From Lama guanicoe (taxonomy: Eukaryota), in NCBI GenBank assembly GCA_013239625.1, contig MU053376.1, positions 2,158,507 through 2,222,506 of the forward strand: a stretch of 64,000 nucleotides of DNA. Reading direction: 5' to 3'. The position numbers and the translations under genes are program-made. This document shows positions 61,501 to 64,000 of this stretch, piece by piece. How positions within the stretch are numbered: the first letter of the stretch is position 1; each line of letters begins with the position of its first letter. Under the pieces are notes generated by a model, which saw only the letters and a program-made list of their open reading frames with translations, made no database searches and was not told the origin of the DNA.

Positions 61501-63229
61501 ATTGGGCCTCTTTTTAACCCTGGACGCTGGGAGAGACTGCTGGAGTTCAGTTTGACCACTAAATTTCTTCTGTTCTTCCCAGCCTGGGCAGAAAAGTCAT
61601 GTCCACCATGTTCTGGCCCCTTCTCCCATGGGAATTCATCAGATACTGACAACAGCAGAGAAGGGGGCTGCGGCTGCCTCGGTTTCCTACAGTTGCTGAA
61701 TTCTGTAGCCAGAAGAGAGCTGTAGGAGTCCTTTGGATATCCCTGCCCCAAAAGCAGAACCACAGTTAACCTATAGCTTCGCTCTGTGCTTGACACAGAA
61801 TGGGCACAAAATAAATGTTAGTCTTTATGATTTACATTTATTTTTAGGCACCTTACTGGACATTTTAAAAAAGTGCACTGCAACACCATCTATCAGACAC
61901 TGGATGGTATCGGTGGGAAACAGGCCAGAAGAACAAATTCAATACTTCAGCTATGGTTGTGACTCTTTCCACGTGTAAATTAATGGAACTTATGCTAAAT
62001 TAATGGAGCTTTTGCTAAATTTTGCTATGTTTAATGAATGAATAAGTCTGAACAGATGGCTCGCTATCCCTGGAAAGGAGACTTCATAGCTGCCCATGGT
62101 CATTGGGAGATGACAAGGCATGTGCTTTGGGGTCAGAAAGATCTGGGTTCAAGGACTGGCTCTGTCCCTTACTGAGTATGTGGCTAGGTTTTTCTTTGTT
62201 AAGTCACAAATGGGAGTAATTCTCATCTTATGGTGTGAGGCTTGAATGAGGCAACACATATGAGGCAGTTTACCTTAGAGAAGGTGGAAGTTCAATTATG
62301 CAAGTTCTTTTTTTCCCACCTACTAGAGAATCTCACAGATGCACTTCCAGAAATGACCTTCTCCCTTTTGATTCTAGTTCTTTTCTCCTTGGCTTCGTTT
62401 TTGTCAGAGCCTGAGAAAGAGAATCTTCTCCATTGTCTGAGCTCTGAGATCAACCTTTGAAAGCTGGGATTCTAATATTGAGCAAGTGTGAAAGGGGAAT
62501 GTTACTTTGCCCTTATCTGAAATTGAGCCTCCCAATTTCTGTTTTATTGGATATGGTTGTTGTGATTTGTCTTCTCATGTTACATGTTTTCTCTCCTTCT
62601 ACTCACCCCCAGGCACAATCACCTACGCAGGCACCTCCTCTCACCCTTTAAACTCTCACATATTTTACTCTTTCCAAATCTGAGAACCCGGCTCCATTTC
62701 TCTGGGACAGAGGACATAGGGCTTACTACAGGCACCGGGTTTTAATAGTAACCAGATCCTGTCAGTCTTTCATCCACCCCTGCATTCCAGTGATTTGGCA
62801 CACTTATTCTCACCTCCAGATTTTAAGATAAGGCCGTAGAGTAAGTCATTTGTGGAAATTAAGTGATCTAGCCAAGCATTATGGCCTCTTCGATCTAGGA
62901 ATTTTATGTTAGGTAGTTTAAAGCTAAAACCAAACAGAAAGTAATACACTTCAACTTCAAATCAATAAATATTCATTGGTTACTATGTATATTCAAGGAG
63001 TCTGGGGGCAATGTGGGCTTACAAAAGCTGCAAACCTGATGCTAGAGATTTAAAAACTATTTTAGAATAATCTCATCACCATTCATCCCCTCTTCAATCT
63101 AACTTACACAACACTTACAGGCGAAACTTCTAAAAATAGTGCTCATGACCTTGGGGCCAAGATGTCAAGAGCTCCACGTGCTCTATGAGGGAGTTTGTGG
63201 CCCATTTCTCTAGGCCCTGGGAGCCAAAG

Positions 63230-63885
63230 AATGATTCTGAAGCCTTGGAATAATGTGATCAGATTTGCATTTAAAAAAAATTATTGGGGTAATGGTTTAG
63301 AAATGGGAAGACCAGACACCAGTTAGAAGGCTAGCGTCATAATCCAGGGGGAAGATGTTGAGTGCCTCTAGCAGGGCAGTGGCTTGGGGATGGAAGGGAG
63401 GAAAACAGTAGGAAGTAGGATTAGCAGGAATTGGTAATTGATTGAATACTGGGGATAAGAGACAGTTAGGAGTCAAAATTGACTACTAGCTTCAGCTTTT
63501 GGCAACCAGATAGATAATGGTGCCTTTTTTGAGCAGCAGAATGATGCTCTGTGTGTGTGTGTATAGATAATGAAATCTGTTTCGTGGATGATGAATTTAA
63601 AGTGTCTGGGAATGCTAAGTAATGGAAGTTCAATATGGTTGGGTATGTTCTCCAGTGAACTATTTGGTCTGGATTTGCAGATGTGGGAGACATGAGTATA
63701 GAGTTAGCTGGTGGTTGAAACCTGAGAGGTAGTAGAGAATGATTAGCAAAGAGTCAAAGAAGGAACCCCAGAACACCCTAACATTGAAAGAAACAGAGAA
63801 GGAGTGGGCAGGGATGTAGAAGGGCAGAGTGTGATGCCCTGAGAATCAAGGTAGGAGGGAGTTTTGAGGAAGAAAGGATGGTGCA
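63230..63885 (-). mobile_element. L2 fragment
   Basis: gtgatcagatttgcattt...accagttagaaggctagcgtcataatccagg...gaggagtcaaa-like and gaacaccctaacattgaaag segments. Confidence 0.6.
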
Positions 63886-63889
63886 TCTT

Positions 63890-64000
63890 CTGCATAGCAC
63901 AGGGAACTATATTCAAGATCTTGTAGTAAACTGTAATGAAAAGAATATGAAAAGGAATATATGTATGTACATGCATGACTGAGACATTGTGCTGTACACC
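63890..64000 (+). mobile_element. L1 3' end fragment, runs off the window
   Basis: ctgcatagcacagggaactatattcaagatcttgtag...gctgtacacc, similar to the other two L1 3' ends. Confidence 0.8.

Larger units (their letters stand above)
60947..62021. repeat. 204-bp identical dispersed direct duplication (60947-61150 and 61818-62021)
   Basis: Base-by-base identity at offset 871; the ORF track shows the same peptide twice. Confidence 0.95.

Overview
Mammalian genomic DNA, probably camelid: it carries six tRNA-Ala-derived Vic-1-like SINEs and artiodactyl-type L1 3' ends. The window is syntenic with the human RASSF5-EIF2D-DYRK3 locus. It contains the last three coding exons and 3'UTR of RASSF5 (+), the complete 15-exon EIF2D gene (-; my exon assembly gives 1758 nt, 585 aa, all GT-AG and phase-consistent) and the complete 3-coding-exon DYRK3 gene (+; 1764 nt, 587 aa). 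The rest is TE-rich intronic and intergenic DNA (SINEs, L1, L2, MIR, MaLR/ERV LTRs, Tigger1, MER). I see no evidence for a new gene system, and nearly all other listed ORFs are incidental. The observations most worth checking are: the EIF2D leader (17-bp triplication that duplicates a TCT initiator, a strong-Kozak uORF and an internal 3' splice-site signature); an identical 204-bp templated insertion with filler DNA and a TSD; a 186-bp tandem duplication; an exon-intron inverted repeat at EIF2D exon 9; a DYRK3 overlapping ORF ending in a stop/start overlap; a solo LTR upstream of DYRK3; and convergent CTCF motifs around DYRK3. Repeat family names and human comparisons are from memory, not from searches.
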